Of a stretch of DNA of 62,953 nt, positions 48,658 to 58,295 are shown in pieces. Origin of the DNA: Candidatus Pacearchaeota archaeon (lineage in GTDB: Archaea; Nanobdellota; Nanobdellia; Pacearchaeales; GW2011-AR1). The stretch lies in contig JAFCEO010000001.1 of assembly GCA_017609085.1 (NCBI GenBank), positions 1-62,953 of the forward strand, written 5' to 3'. Position numbers and translations under genes: made by a program. The notes under the pieces were generated by a model, which had not been told where the DNA came from, searched no databases, and worked only from the letters and a program-made list of their open reading frames with translations. How positions within the stretch are numbered: position 1 is the first letter of the stretch; each line of letters opens with the position of its first letter.

Positions 48658-50625
48658 TTATTTCTGTTTTTCTCTAGTTTCTTCTTCCATTCTTTTTAAA
48701 AAATCTTGAACGAACATTCTATTTCTGTCGATGTCTATTATTCTTTTAACTTTAAAGATTTCCATTCCGTAAATTTCATTTTTTTCAGTTTTTATATCTG
48801 CAAGAGTTTTTTCATGGATAGCTTTACTTAATAAAACCTCTTGTTCTGATATGTCAGCCAATTTTTTTGATATGGTGAGAGTATTTCCTAGACTTGTAAA
48901 TTTTAATTTGTTGTCTTGTATCCTGCTTACAATATCTCCGCTATGTACAGCCACGCCAAAATCGATTTTATCTTTAAAATTTTTGTTATACTCTTTTAAT
49001 GTTTTTTCAATTTCTAAAGCAGTTTTAACAGCATTGACGTGATTTTTTAAAGTTCTTGTAATAAGAGGAGAAAATATAATTAGATTATACTCTCCAGATT
49101 TGTAAATTGCTGCTTTTCCTTTATGAGCATTATTTAAAACTTTTTTAAGATTTTCTCTAGCTGTTTCGCTTAACTCATTTTTAACTTTAAGACATATAAG
49201 CGCAGTATCATGTTTTTGTCCTTGTAGAACAAGACTATGCTCTGCTTCTCTTATTTTTATCGGGACACTTTCTTTTTCCTCGCTTGTTTTTACTTTAATA
49301 ATCCCTCTTCCTTCCTTAATTAAAGGAAACTTGTTAGAAAGAACAAATTTTCTTTTTAAAATTCTTCTGCCAGCAGTGAAAACAAACATCCCCATGATAA
49401 AGATAAGGAAGACCCATGCTAATATTTTATTTTTAGCAAAAAAGCCCTCTTCAACTTCTCTTATTCCTACAATATTTCCTGTTAGAAGAGCATTATAGGA
49501 AACAGAATTCTTGCCATCTGTTATTGTAAGATTATATTTGCCATGGGGAGCCTTAATTTCGTACTTCTTTTCTTCCCCGACTGCCAACTTTGTGTTTATT
49601 ACTTCAACTACATTTCCTATACTTATCTGAACAGCTTTGTTGTATTCTACGTTTCCTATATTTTTTATTATTAATGTACTGTTAATAATTTCGAACTTAG
49701 CCTCTTCATTTTCCTCTACATAAAATTGTCTCTCTCCATATATTCCAGAAGAATAAGCTTTAAGCTTGTAATAGCCTGAGGACAGGTTTTTTTCAATTGA
49801 AAATCTCTTACTTTCATCTATTTTTATTAATCCTTTCTCAAGAGAATTTTCTTTTGAATTTTCAATTAAAAAAGAAGCTTCTCCATCTATCATAGCTCCA
49901 GATTGGTCATACAATAGAATTTTAAAAATTAGATCGTTTCCAGGTTTGACACTTTGAGAGTCTAATGCAACTTCCAATTTATTAGGAATTTGTTTTACAT
50001 TTATACTCGCCTTCTTTTCACCTTTGTTCGTTATTTCTTCACCCTCTTTCTCATAGACAGTTATATTCATTATGTAATTTCCTGCTTTTATGTTTTCAGG
50101 AAGGGTTAAGTTGGCTTCAAATTTTCCTTTTTCTACTATTCCAGTAGTGCTAATATTAACATCTGATAAAATAATTTCAAAAAAACCTTCTAGAAGTTGT
50201 GTGTTCGCTTTTTCTGCTTCTCCTTTGACATTAATCTTTTCTCCAGGCGCATAATTCAATTTGTCTGTTTCGACATTTAAAAAAATGGCATCAGAAATCA
50301 AAAATCGCACACTTTCTGCTCTGTTTAAACCATATTTTGTAACAATTTTGCACTGCCCTATTATTCCATCAAGAAATGTTTTTGTGAGAGACTGAGAGAT
50401 ATCAATTACAGTTTCATTATCTAAATATTTTAAAAAAATTGTCTTGGTTTTGTTCTTACATACCAATTCTGCTTTTAGCTGTTCTCCCACTTCCGATACT
50501 GAAACAGAAAATTTTAATTTATCGCCAATATTATACACAGAATTCATATCAGAATTAAACCAAATTTCTGCAGAAACTGTCGAAATTAAAAATATGCTTA
50601 AAATAAAACAAGCTAACTTCTTCAT
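48658..50625 (-). CDS. Single-pass membrane protein: Ig-like ectodomain plus degenerate class III nucleotidyl-cyclase-like domain
   Basis: Signal peptide, TM ILAWVFLIFIMGMFVF, C-terminal FGVAVHSGDIV..FTSLGNTLTISKKLAD..VLLS. Confidence 0.7.
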   Translation of the reverse strand: MKKLACFILSIFLISTVSAEIWFNSDMNSVYNIGDKLKFSVSVSEVGEQLKAELVCKNKTKTIFLKYLDNETVIDISQSLTKTFLDGIIGQCKIVTKYGLNRAESVRFLISDAIFLNVETDKLNYAPGEKINVKGEAEKANTQLLEGFFEIILSDVNISTTGIVEKGKFEANLTLPENIKAGNYIMNITVYEKEGEEITNKGEKKASINVKQIPNKLEVALDSQSVKPGNDLIFKILLYDQSGAMIDGEASFLIENSKENSLEKGLIKIDESKRFSIEKNLSSGYYKLKAYSSGIYGERQFYVEENEEAKFEIINSTLIIKNIGNVEYNKAVQISIGNVVEVINTKLAVGEEKKYEIKAPHGKYNLTITDGKNSVSYNALLTGNIVGIREVEEGFFAKNKILAWVFLIFIMGMFVFTAGRRILKRKFVLSNKFPLIKEGRGIIKVKTSEEKESVPIKIREAEHSLVLQGQKHDTALICLKVKNELSETARENLKKVLNNAHKGKAAIYKSGEYNLIIFSPLITRTLKNHVNAVKTALEIEKTLKEYNKNFKDKIDFGVAVHSGDIVSRIQDNKLKFTSLGNTLTISKKLADISEQEVLLSKAIHEKTLADIKTEKNEIYGMEIFKVKRIIDIDRNRMFVQDFLKRMEEETREKQK

Positions 50626-50700
50626 TTTATAATTAAGAAGAACTGGGATATTTAAATATTATGCTATAAAGTTTATAAACCTTTTTTTTCTTTACTAATC

Positions 50701-51783
50701 ATGGAAAAAGAGAAGTTTATTGATCCTTGGGGAAGTGAATTGCCTGAAGATTATGCTAAGCTTATTAGGGAATTTGGTTTAGAGAAGTTCAACGTTTCTG
50801 ATTTCCCCAATCCTAATAAACTAATGAGGAGAGGTTTAGTTTTTGCTGGCAGGAGTTTGGGGATAATTAGCAGAGCAATAAAAGAGAAAAAACCATTTTA
50901 TGCTTTGACAGGAATAATGCCCTCTTCTGAAAAAATTCACTTAGGAAATAAGTGTGTAATTGATAATCTTGTCTACTTTCAAAAGCAGGGTGCTAAAACC
51001 TATATGTTGGTTGCAGATTTAGAAGCCGCTGCAACTCGTGGCATCAGTTTAGAAGAATCAAGAAAAAGAGCCCTTAACTATCATATTCCAGCTTATATTG
51101 CTCTCGGATTAAATCCTAGGAAAACAAAATTCTATTTCCAATCCTCGAATAAAGAAGTAACAAGTTTAGCTTTTTCTCTAAGCGGTAAAGCCACATTAAA
51201 CGAATATAGGGCGATATATGGTTCAACTTCTCCAGCGAGAATAATGTCTTCTGTCTTGCAAGTAGCTGATATTCTTTATCCACAACTTGAGGAAGAAATG
51301 CCTGGGATTATTCCAACAGGAATAGATCAGGATCCTCATATAAGGTTAACTCGCGATATAGCTAAAAGAGCTAAAGGATATAAGTTCTTTTTGCCTTCTG
51401 CAATATATCATAAGTACACTCCAGCTTTAGATGGCAGTTTAAAAATGTCAAAATCAAAAGGGAATTTTATTGAGCTTCCCGAATCTTCCGAAAGTATAAA
51501 GAAAAAAATTATGAAAGCTGTAACTGGGGGAAGAAAAACAGCAGAAGAACAAAGAAAACTCGGAGGACAGCCTGAAAAAGATATGATTTACGAATTATTT
51601 AAACAGCATCTTATAGAGGATGACAAAGAACTTTTACAAAGAATTAAGGATAATAAAGCAGGAAAAATTTTGAGTAGAGAGGATAAAGAATATGCCATAG
51701 AGCTTCTTAATAAATTTATGGACGATTTTAAAAGAAAATTTGAAAAAGCAAAAAATCTTGTGCCTAAGTTAGATATTAGTTAA
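50701..51783 (+). CDS. trpS: Tryptophan--tRNA ligase
   Basis: TGIMPS..HLGN, QVADIL, GIDQDPHIRLTRD, KMSKS, AVTGGR. Confidence 0.96.
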   Translation: MEKEKFIDPWGSELPEDYAKLIREFGLEKFNVSDFPNPNKLMRRGLVFAGRSLGIISRAIKEKKPFYALTGIMPSSEKIHLGNKCVIDNLVYFQKQGAKTYMLVADLEAAATRGISLEESRKRALNYHIPAYIALGLNPRKTKFYFQSSNKEVTSLAFSLSGKATLNEYRAIYGSTSPARIMSSVLQVADILYPQLEEEMPGIIPTGIDQDPHIRLTRDIAKRAKGYKFFLPSAIYHKYTPALDGSLKMSKSKGNFIELPESSESIKKKIMKAVTGGRKTAEEQRKLGGQPEKDMIYELFKQHLIEDDKELLQRIKDNKAGKILSREDKEYAIELLNKFMDDFKRKFEKAKNLVPKLDIS

Positions 51784-51934
51784 TTAAATAAAAGCTTCAT
51801 AATTGATAAACAATCTACTTCTTAAGGAATATAGATAGATCCTTTCCATTTTTACAAGATACTTTTAGCTATTACAAATTCCAAATAAATAAAGATTTAT
51901 AAATAATGTTTAGCAATATAATAAAATAGATAAA

Positions 51935-53827
51935 ATGAAACTATTAAGTTTACACTGCGACTATATAAAATTTAAACCCATTAAGAGGGCCATTAAAGAA
52001 CCAGAAAATTTAAGTGAGGCAGAGAAAAAAAGGAAAAAAATAGAAGAGGTTTTAGTTGTTTTTACAGCAGTTGAGAAACAAGATGAGGAGGATCAAGAAA
52101 TAATAAAAAAATATATGGATAATATTAAAGATATAGCTGAACAAGTTAAAGTCAAAAATATCGTCCTTTATCCTTATGCTCATCTTTCTTCTTCTCTTGC
52201 AAGACCAGATTTCGCTCAAAAAGTGATGCAAGAAGCAGAAAAAGAATTAAAAAAAGACAAGAAATTTGAGGTTGAAAGAGCACCTTTTGGATATTACAAA
52301 GAGTTTGAGTTAAAATGTAAAGGACATCCTCTTTCTGAACTTAGCAGAGAAATTACAGCAGAATCAACTAAGAAAAAAGAAGGGAAAAAAAGAAAGAAAG
52401 GTTCTGAATTTTGCAAGTTTATCCTTATAGATAGTAATGGCAAAGAGTATATCGTTAATGAAAAAAATTGGAAAAAATCTCCTATATGGAAAAACAAGGG
52501 AGAAGAATATGATAGATTAAAACAATTTGTTAAAAATGAATTGGAAAAAGGAGAAGAAAAAGATAAGCCAAAACATGTTTATTACATGAGGGAATTGGAA
52601 TTAGTTGATTACTGCCAGGAGTCTGATTTAGGACATTTTAAATGGTACCCGAAAGGCATGCTAATAAAACAATTAATATTGGATTTTCAAGAAAAATTAG
52701 CAAGAGACTATGGGGCATTTAAAATACAAAATCCTCTTCTTTACAGACTGAGTGTTCCTTCTATAAGGGATCTTTTAGGAGAATTCCATGAAAAAGACTA
52801 CTCTTGGAAAGAATCTAATGACTCTCTCATTTTAAGATTTGCATCTGACCCCGGCGCATTTCCTTTTATGCAAAAAGTTAATTTTTCTTATAAACAGATG
52901 CCGATAAAAGAATACGAAGAGGCAATCTGTTTTAGAAAAGAGAGAAGTGGAGAGTTGAAAGGTTTGAGGAGAGTCAGAAATTTTTTGATGACAGACTTGC
53001 ACGCTTTTTGTAAAGATGAAGAGCAACAAAAAGAAGAATTTGAGAAATTGTGTTATATTTGTAAAGAATTAATGGACAATATTATAGCTAAAGGAAGATG
53101 GGTTCTTGGATGGGAGGGAACTGTCGACTTCTATAACAAAAATAAAAAATGGTTAATTAAAATTATAACACGGATGCAGGTTCCTTCTTTTTTTAAATTA
53201 ATGAAAGAAAGAAGCCATTATTATGATATGAAAAACGAATTTCAGAGTATAGAAAGTGACGGAGCCAATACTCAAATTTCTACAGTTCAATTGGATTCTA
53301 TAAATGGAAAGAGGTTTAATATATGTTATATGGATAAAGATAATAAAAAAAAGCCATGTCAGATTATCCATTGCTCGACTTTTGGAAGTATAGAAAGAAC
53401 ACTTGCAGCAATATTGGAAAATGCGGCTATAGATGAGCGGGAAGGAAGAAAACCGTTTCTTCCATATTGGCTTTCTCCAACACAGGTAAGAATTTTGCCC
53501 CTTTCAGAAAAATATGTTCAAGAAGCCGAACTACTTGCTAAAGACTTAAATGAAAAACAAAATATAAGGGCAGACGTCGATGATAGAGACCTTCCTCTTT
53601 CAAAAAAAGTTTCAGATGCAGAAAAAGAATGGATACATTATATTGTTACGATAGGTAAAAAAGAGTTAGAAAATCAGATCTTGAGTGTAAGAATAAGAAA
53701 AACAGGAAAGGTCGAGCAAATGAAGCCCCATAATTTTCGCGATATGCTTAAAAAAGAACAAGCTGAAATGCCATGGCGACCTTTACCTCTTCCTGTTTTA
53801 TTAAGTAAAAGACCTAAATTTGTGTAA
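51935..53827 (+). CDS. thrS: Threonine--tRNA ligase, archaeal type with N-terminal editing domain
   Basis: LYPYAHLS, APFGYYKEF..CKGHPLSELSR, FRKERSGEL.GLRRVR.F, HCS..GSIER. Confidence 0.95.
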   Translation: MKLLSLHCDYIKFKPIKRAIKEPENLSEAEKKRKKIEEVLVVFTAVEKQDEEDQEIIKKYMDNIKDIAEQVKVKNIVLYPYAHLSSSLARPDFAQKVMQEAEKELKKDKKFEVERAPFGYYKEFELKCKGHPLSELSREITAESTKKKEGKKRKKGSEFCKFILIDSNGKEYIVNEKNWKKSPIWKNKGEEYDRLKQFVKNELEKGEEKDKPKHVYYMRELELVDYCQESDLGHFKWYPKGMLIKQLILDFQEKLARDYGAFKIQNPLLYRLSVPSIRDLLGEFHEKDYSWKESNDSLILRFASDPGAFPFMQKVNFSYKQMPIKEYEEAICFRKERSGELKGLRRVRNFLMTDLHAFCKDEEQQKEEFEKLCYICKELMDNIIAKGRWVLGWEGTVDFYNKNKKWLIKIITRMQVPSFFKLMKERSHYYDMKNEFQSIESDGANTQISTVQLDSINGKRFNICYMDKDNKKKPCQIIHCSTFGSIERTLAAILENAAIDEREGRKPFLPYWLSPTQVRILPLSEKYVQEAELLAKDLNEKQNIRADVDDRDLPLSKKVSDAEKEWIHYIVTIGKKELENQILSVRIRKTGKVEQMKPHNFRDMLKKEQAEMPWRPLPLPVLLSKRPKFV

Positions 53828-53830
53828 GGT

Positions 53831-54016
53831 TTATTCTTTTTTAAGTTTTACACCCAGTTCTTCTAATCTTTTTAGATGTGCACGCATTATAGCCTCTACA
53901 TTTTGAATCATCTTAATCAACTCGTTTCTTTCCGCAATTAAAGTATTTAACGCCCCTTGATGAAATCCAATTTCTTCTTCTTTTGAAATCTTTTTTGAAT
54001 TGTCTTCCAATGTCAT
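53831..54016 (-). CDS. Small coiled-coil hypothetical protein
   Basis: EEIGFHQGALNTLIAERNEL; ATG 54016. Confidence 0.7.
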   Translation of the reverse strand: MTLEDNSKKISKEEEIGFHQGALNTLIAERNELIKMIQNVEAIMRAHLKRLEELGVKLKKE

Positions 54017-54153
54017 GAACTCAACAGCCAAATATCTTTTATAAAAGTATGCCTTAAATTGTATTGAGGGAATACCAATATATTTATAATATATGAAAAT
54101 TTAGTAAAAATAGAAGATAATAAAATTTGCAAATTTAAATCAAAAATATCATA

Positions 54154-54636
54154 ATGAATTTTTCATCTGTCGTTGAAAAAGTCGAATCTTCTCAGACATT
54201 TAAAAATTTCAAGAAAGAAAATAAAGATGCTGAGTTATGTGCAGGTTTCTTTGTTATTGATTACGAACAAGATAGAAAAGAGCAACAATTAGATTACTGT
54301 TTAAAAAATGGAAAGATTTACACTTTCACTATTAACAAAGAGATAACATTGGAAGAGGCAGAAACAATCGAAGGGAAAAAAGAAAAACTTCCAAAAATAA
54401 CTAAGGAAATTAAAATTGATATTTCTGATTTAGAAAAAATAGTTCAAGACAAAATCAAGAAAAAAATTCTTAAAATAATAGCCATTATTCAAAAATATAA
54501 AGATAAACAAATATGGAACCTCACAGTCATGACAGAGAGTTTCGAAATTGATAAGATACATATAGATACTCAAACTGGAGAAATTTTAAAATTTGAAAAA
54601 CGAAATTTATTTGATTTTGTTAAAAAAGTTAAATAA
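54154..54636 (+). CDS. Hypothetical protein (PepSY-like C-terminus)
   Basis: IWNLTV..IHIDTQTGEIL. Confidence 0.65.
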   Translation: MNFSSVVEKVESSQTFKNFKKENKDAELCAGFFVIDYEQDRKEQQLDYCLKNGKIYTFTINKEITLEEAETIEGKKEKLPKITKEIKIDISDLEKIVQDKIKKKILKIIAIIQKYKDKQIWNLTVMTESFEIDKIHIDTQTGEILKFEKRNLFDFVKKVK

Positions 54637-55258
54637 TCTTTTTTACAATTACGTTAATATTTTTATTTTCCCAAATCTTTAAAATTTTAAATCCAATTTT
54701 TTTCAATAAAGATTTAAGTTCTTCTTTTTCATATATGTAATAATATCTATAATATTTCTTTCCTTCTTTAGTCCAAGGAATTTTGGCTTCTTTTGGCTTG
54801 TTTTTTATTCTTTCGTGATTTCTACTCCATACTGTTATTAATGCTTCTTTATTTTTTTTCAAGACTCTTCTTAATTCTTTTAATACCTTTTCCCTTTTTT
54901 TGGCTTTTTCTATACAATGCAAAGTCGCTATACAAATAGCAGAATCGAAAAAATTATTTTTAAAAGGCAACCTATCAGCTTCCGCTTTTTTAAAAATAGC
55001 CTTTACTTTTTTTCTTTTAGCATCTTTTTCAGCCAATTTCAACATTTCTTCAGAAAAATCAACACCATAAAATTCAACTTCTTTTAATTTTAAAATATGC
55101 CTTCCACTTCCACATCCTAAATCTAAGATTTTTCCTTTTTTGTTTTTTAAAAATTCAATAACTTCCTTTAAAGGCTTTTTTCTAAATTCCTGCCACGGTC
55201 TTGCAATCTCATTCCAAACTTGCTCCTGAGTTAATTTTTCTTTTTCCATAAAATACAT
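54629..55258 (-). CDS. Trm9/ALKBH8-like class I methyltransferase
   Basis: VWNEIA..RKKP..VIEFL, LDLGCGSGR, CIATLHCI, LITVW, RYYYIY..EEL. Confidence 0.8.
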   Translation of the reverse strand: MYFMEKEKLTQEQVWNEIARPWQEFRKKPLKEVIEFLKNKKGKILDLGCGSGRHILKLKEVEFYGVDFSEEMLKLAEKDAKRKKVKAIFKKAEADRLPFKNNFFDSAICIATLHCIEKAKKREKVLKELRRVLKKNKEALITVWSRNHERIKNKPKEAKIPWTKEGKKYYRYYYIYEKEELKSLLKKIGFKILKIWENKNINVIVKKII

Positions 55259-55290
55259 AGATTTTTTAAGTTTAAAAATTTCTTTCCATA

Positions 55291-56664
55291 ATGAAACCTC
55301 CTAAATCAGGCGAAATTAGAAAGCCCACCAAAACATTAAGCGGGGTAGCTCCAGTAGCTGTCATGTTAAAGCCGCGCAAGTGTAAACATGGAACATGCCT
55401 TTATTGTCCGACATTAGATGTTCCTCAAAGTTATACGCCTAAAAGTCCTGCTGTTATGCGCGCTTTAATGTTAGATTATGACCCTTTTAAACAAGTAAAG
55501 GCAAGATTAAAAGCATTAAAAGTAATGAATCACCCTACTGACAAAATTGAGCTCATAATTATGGGAGGTACATTTCTTGATTATCCAACAAAATATCAAT
55601 ATAATTTTATTAAAGAATGTTATGATGCATTAAATGATAGGAAATGTAAGACTCTAGAACAAGCTAAGAAAATTAATGAGAAAGCGAAACATAGATGTGT
55701 CGCTTTATGTATTGAAACAAGACCAGATGTTTGCTCTAAAGAGCATATAAAGAGAATGCTGAAATTTGGATGTACAAGAGTTGAACTCGGAGTCCAAGCA
55801 ATTGATGACATGATATATAAAAAAATTAAAAGAGGCCATACAGTTAAAGAGGTGATTAATGCAACAAAGAGACTTAGGGAAGCTGGTTTTAAAATTGGTT
55901 ATCATATAATGCCTGGATTGCCAGGAAGTAACAGGAAAAAGGATATTGCTATGTTTAAAAAAATTTTCTCAGATGAAAACTTCAAACCAGATCAATTAAA
56001 AATTTATCCCTGCCAGGTTATTAAAGGTTCTGCTCTTGAAAAGTTGCACTATAAGGGGAAATATTCTCCCTACACAGAACAAGAAATTAAAAATTTAATA
56101 ATAAAATTTCTGAAACTTACGCCGAGGTACTGCAGAATTATGAGGATAATGAGAGAAATTCCCCCCGATTATCTTGTTGCCGGAACAACAAGAATTGATT
56201 TAAGAAAAGAGATAGAAGAGGAATTAAGAAAAAAACAAAATAAAATCAAAGAAATTCGTTTTAGGGAGATTGGTTTAAGAAGTAGATATCAAAAGCAGAT
56301 TGATAATAGAACGAGATTGAAAATTACAAGATATAAGGCGGTTGGAGAAGAATATTTTTTGGAAATTGTTAATAGTCAAGATGTTTTATTTGCTTTATGT
56401 AGATTACGAATTAATAAAAAAAATAAGAATAAAGCTATTATTCGTGAACTACATGTTTATGGGCAAGCTATAAATATTGGAAAAAGAGGAAAAATACAGC
56501 ATAAGGGTTTTGGCAAACAACTTATTGAAAAAGCAGAAGAGATAACGAAAAATAAAGGAATAAAAAAATTAAAAATTATATCAGGAGTGGGCGTTAGAGA
56601 ATATTATAGAAAATTGGGTTATAAATTAGATGAAGAAAGGGTTTATATGGTTAAGGAGTTTTAA
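55291..56664 (+). CDS. elp3: Elp3 tRNA U34 carboxymethyltransferase (radical SAM plus KAT)
   Basis: CKHGTCLYCP, QSYT, MGGTF, IETRPD, RELHVYG, QHKGFG, ISGVGVREYY. Confidence 0.96.
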   Translation: MKPPKSGEIRKPTKTLSGVAPVAVMLKPRKCKHGTCLYCPTLDVPQSYTPKSPAVMRALMLDYDPFKQVKARLKALKVMNHPTDKIELIIMGGTFLDYPTKYQYNFIKECYDALNDRKCKTLEQAKKINEKAKHRCVALCIETRPDVCSKEHIKRMLKFGCTRVELGVQAIDDMIYKKIKRGHTVKEVINATKRLREAGFKIGYHIMPGLPGSNRKKDIAMFKKIFSDENFKPDQLKIYPCQVIKGSALEKLHYKGKYSPYTEQEIKNLIIKFLKLTPRYCRIMRIMREIPPDYLVAGTTRIDLRKEIEEELRKKQNKIKEIRFREIGLRSRYQKQIDNRTRLKITRYKAVGEEYFLEIVNSQDVLFALCRLRINKKNKNKAIIRELHVYGQAINIGKRGKIQHKGFGKQLIEKAEEITKNKGIKKLKIISGVGVREYYRKLGYKLDEERVYMVKEF

Positions 56665-56876
56665 TTTTTAATATAAATCATTGCCCTATATCTATTTTTT
56701 TCTGATTCTAAGATAAGAGCTATTTTGTCTGGCATTCCAATTTCTCTTAATAAATTATTTAATTCACTTAATTTCGCATAGCACACTCCCGATATACTCG
56801 TATCTATACTTATCCTTTTTACGTTTACTAACTTAAATCCTTCGTCAATTAAGATATCCTCGATTTTATTTGACAT
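56661..56876 (-). CDS. Hypothetical protein
   Basis: 71-aa ORF co-oriented behind the MTAP-APRT gene. Confidence 0.5.
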   Translation of the reverse strand: MSNKIEDILIDEGFKLVNVKRISIDTSISGVCYAKLSELNNLLREIGMPDKIALILESEKNRYRAMIYIKN

Positions 56877-56912
56877 TTTAAAGTTATTTATCGAGTTTTT
56901 ATTTTTAATAGT

Positions 56913-58184
56913 TTATTCACCTTCAAATTTTACAATAGAAAAAACTCTCCATTTGCTTAGTTTTTCTCTTCCTTTTAAATCAAGGAGCTCTATAATAAAA
57001 GCTATTTCTTCTATTTCTCCACCCAATTTTTCAACTAATCTTGCAGCAGCCTGAGCAGTTCCTCCAGTGGCTATAAGGTCATCTACTAATAAAACTTTCT
57101 GCCCCAATTGAATGGCATCTTTGTGAATCTCAACAGCATCTTTCCCATACTCAAGCTCGTATTCTTCTTTAATTGTTTCATAAGGAAGTTTGCCGAGCTT
57201 TCTTATAGGGACGAATCCTACTCCTAATCTGTTTGCTAACATTCCTCCAATAATGAATCCCCTACTCTCTACTCCTGCGACTATATCTATCTTCCTATCC
57301 TTATATCTTTTTTCAAGAATATCAATAACCTTTTTTAACCCTTCCTTGTCCTTTAAGAGGGTTGTTATATCTCGAAACATTATTCCTTCTTTTGGCCAAT
57401 TCGGAATTGTTCTTATTTTATCTTTAATAAATTCTTCATCTTTGTCGGCTATTTTCGGAATAACTTTCAAAAGGAGAGTTTTAACCTTATCTGCATTTTC
57501 TTTCATTCTTTGCTCTATTATTTCCCAAGTTACAGCTTCTTCATCTTGCTTCCAACAATCATAATCAGTCGACATAGCGATAGTTTGATATTCTAAACCT
57601 AGTTCATTGGCTAGAATTACCTCAGGACAAGTAGACATATTAATTATATCTGCTCCTAAATTTTTGAACATAAAACTTTCTGCTCTTGTGCTAAATCTTG
57701 GGCCTTCAATTGTGATAACAGTAACATCTTTATTATATTCAAATCCAAGTTCCTCGCATGTTTGGCATAAAATTTCCCTTAACTCTTTTGAGAAAGGCTC
57801 TGCCATTGGCGTGTGGATAACTTCTTCTTTATCGTAAAAACTCATTGCCCTTTGTTTAGTAAAATCGATAAATTGGTTAGGAAAAACTAAATTTCCTGGC
57901 TTTATTTCTTCTTTAAGTGAGCCTACGGCAGTTGTTGCTAAAATATGACTTACTCCTAATAATTTTAAGGCGTAAATATTGGCTCTATAATTTACTTGAC
58001 TCGGAGGGATAGTATGATTTTTTCCGTGTCTTGATAAAATACAAACTTCGATTCCATTAATTTTTCCACAAGTTATTAGAGAAGATGGTTTCCCATAAGG
58101 AGTCTCTATTTCTTTTTCTTCATAATTTTCAAGAAGTTTAGGATCATCTAATCCTGAGCCACCAATTATTCCTATTTTTATCAT
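56913..58184 (-). CDS. Methylthioadenosine phosphorylase fused to adenine phosphoribosyltransferase
   Basis: N-term [26 protein letters not shown]-term [29 protein letters not shown]. Confidence 0.93.
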   Translation of the reverse strand: MIKIGIIGGSGLDDPKLLENYEEKEIETPYGKPSSLITCGKINGIEVCILSRHGKNHTIPPSQVNYRANIYALKLLGVSHILATTAVGSLKEEIKPGNLVFPNQFIDFTKQRAMSFYDKEEVIHTPMAEPFSKELREILCQTCEELGFEYNKDVTVITIEGPRFSTRAESFMFKNLGADIINMSTCPEVILANELGLEYQTIAMSTDYDCWKQDEEAVTWEIIEQRMKENADKVKTLLLKVIPKIADKDEEFIKDKIRTIPNWPKEGIMFRDITTLLKDKEGLKKVIDILEKRYKDRKIDIVAGVESRGFIIGGMLANRLGVGFVPIRKLGKLPYETIKEEYELEYGKDAVEIHKDAIQLGQKVLLVDDLIATGGTAQAAARLVEKLGGEIEEIAFIIELLDLKGREKLSKWRVFSIVKFEGE

Positions 58185-58295
58185 TTTTCAAATCTTTTTT
58201 AAAAAATGAAGAGAATTTAAATAGATTTTTGCGATTGAAAATAATAGTTAGCATACAATTACTGTTTAAAAAATAGTAAAATTTGACATTTAAAT

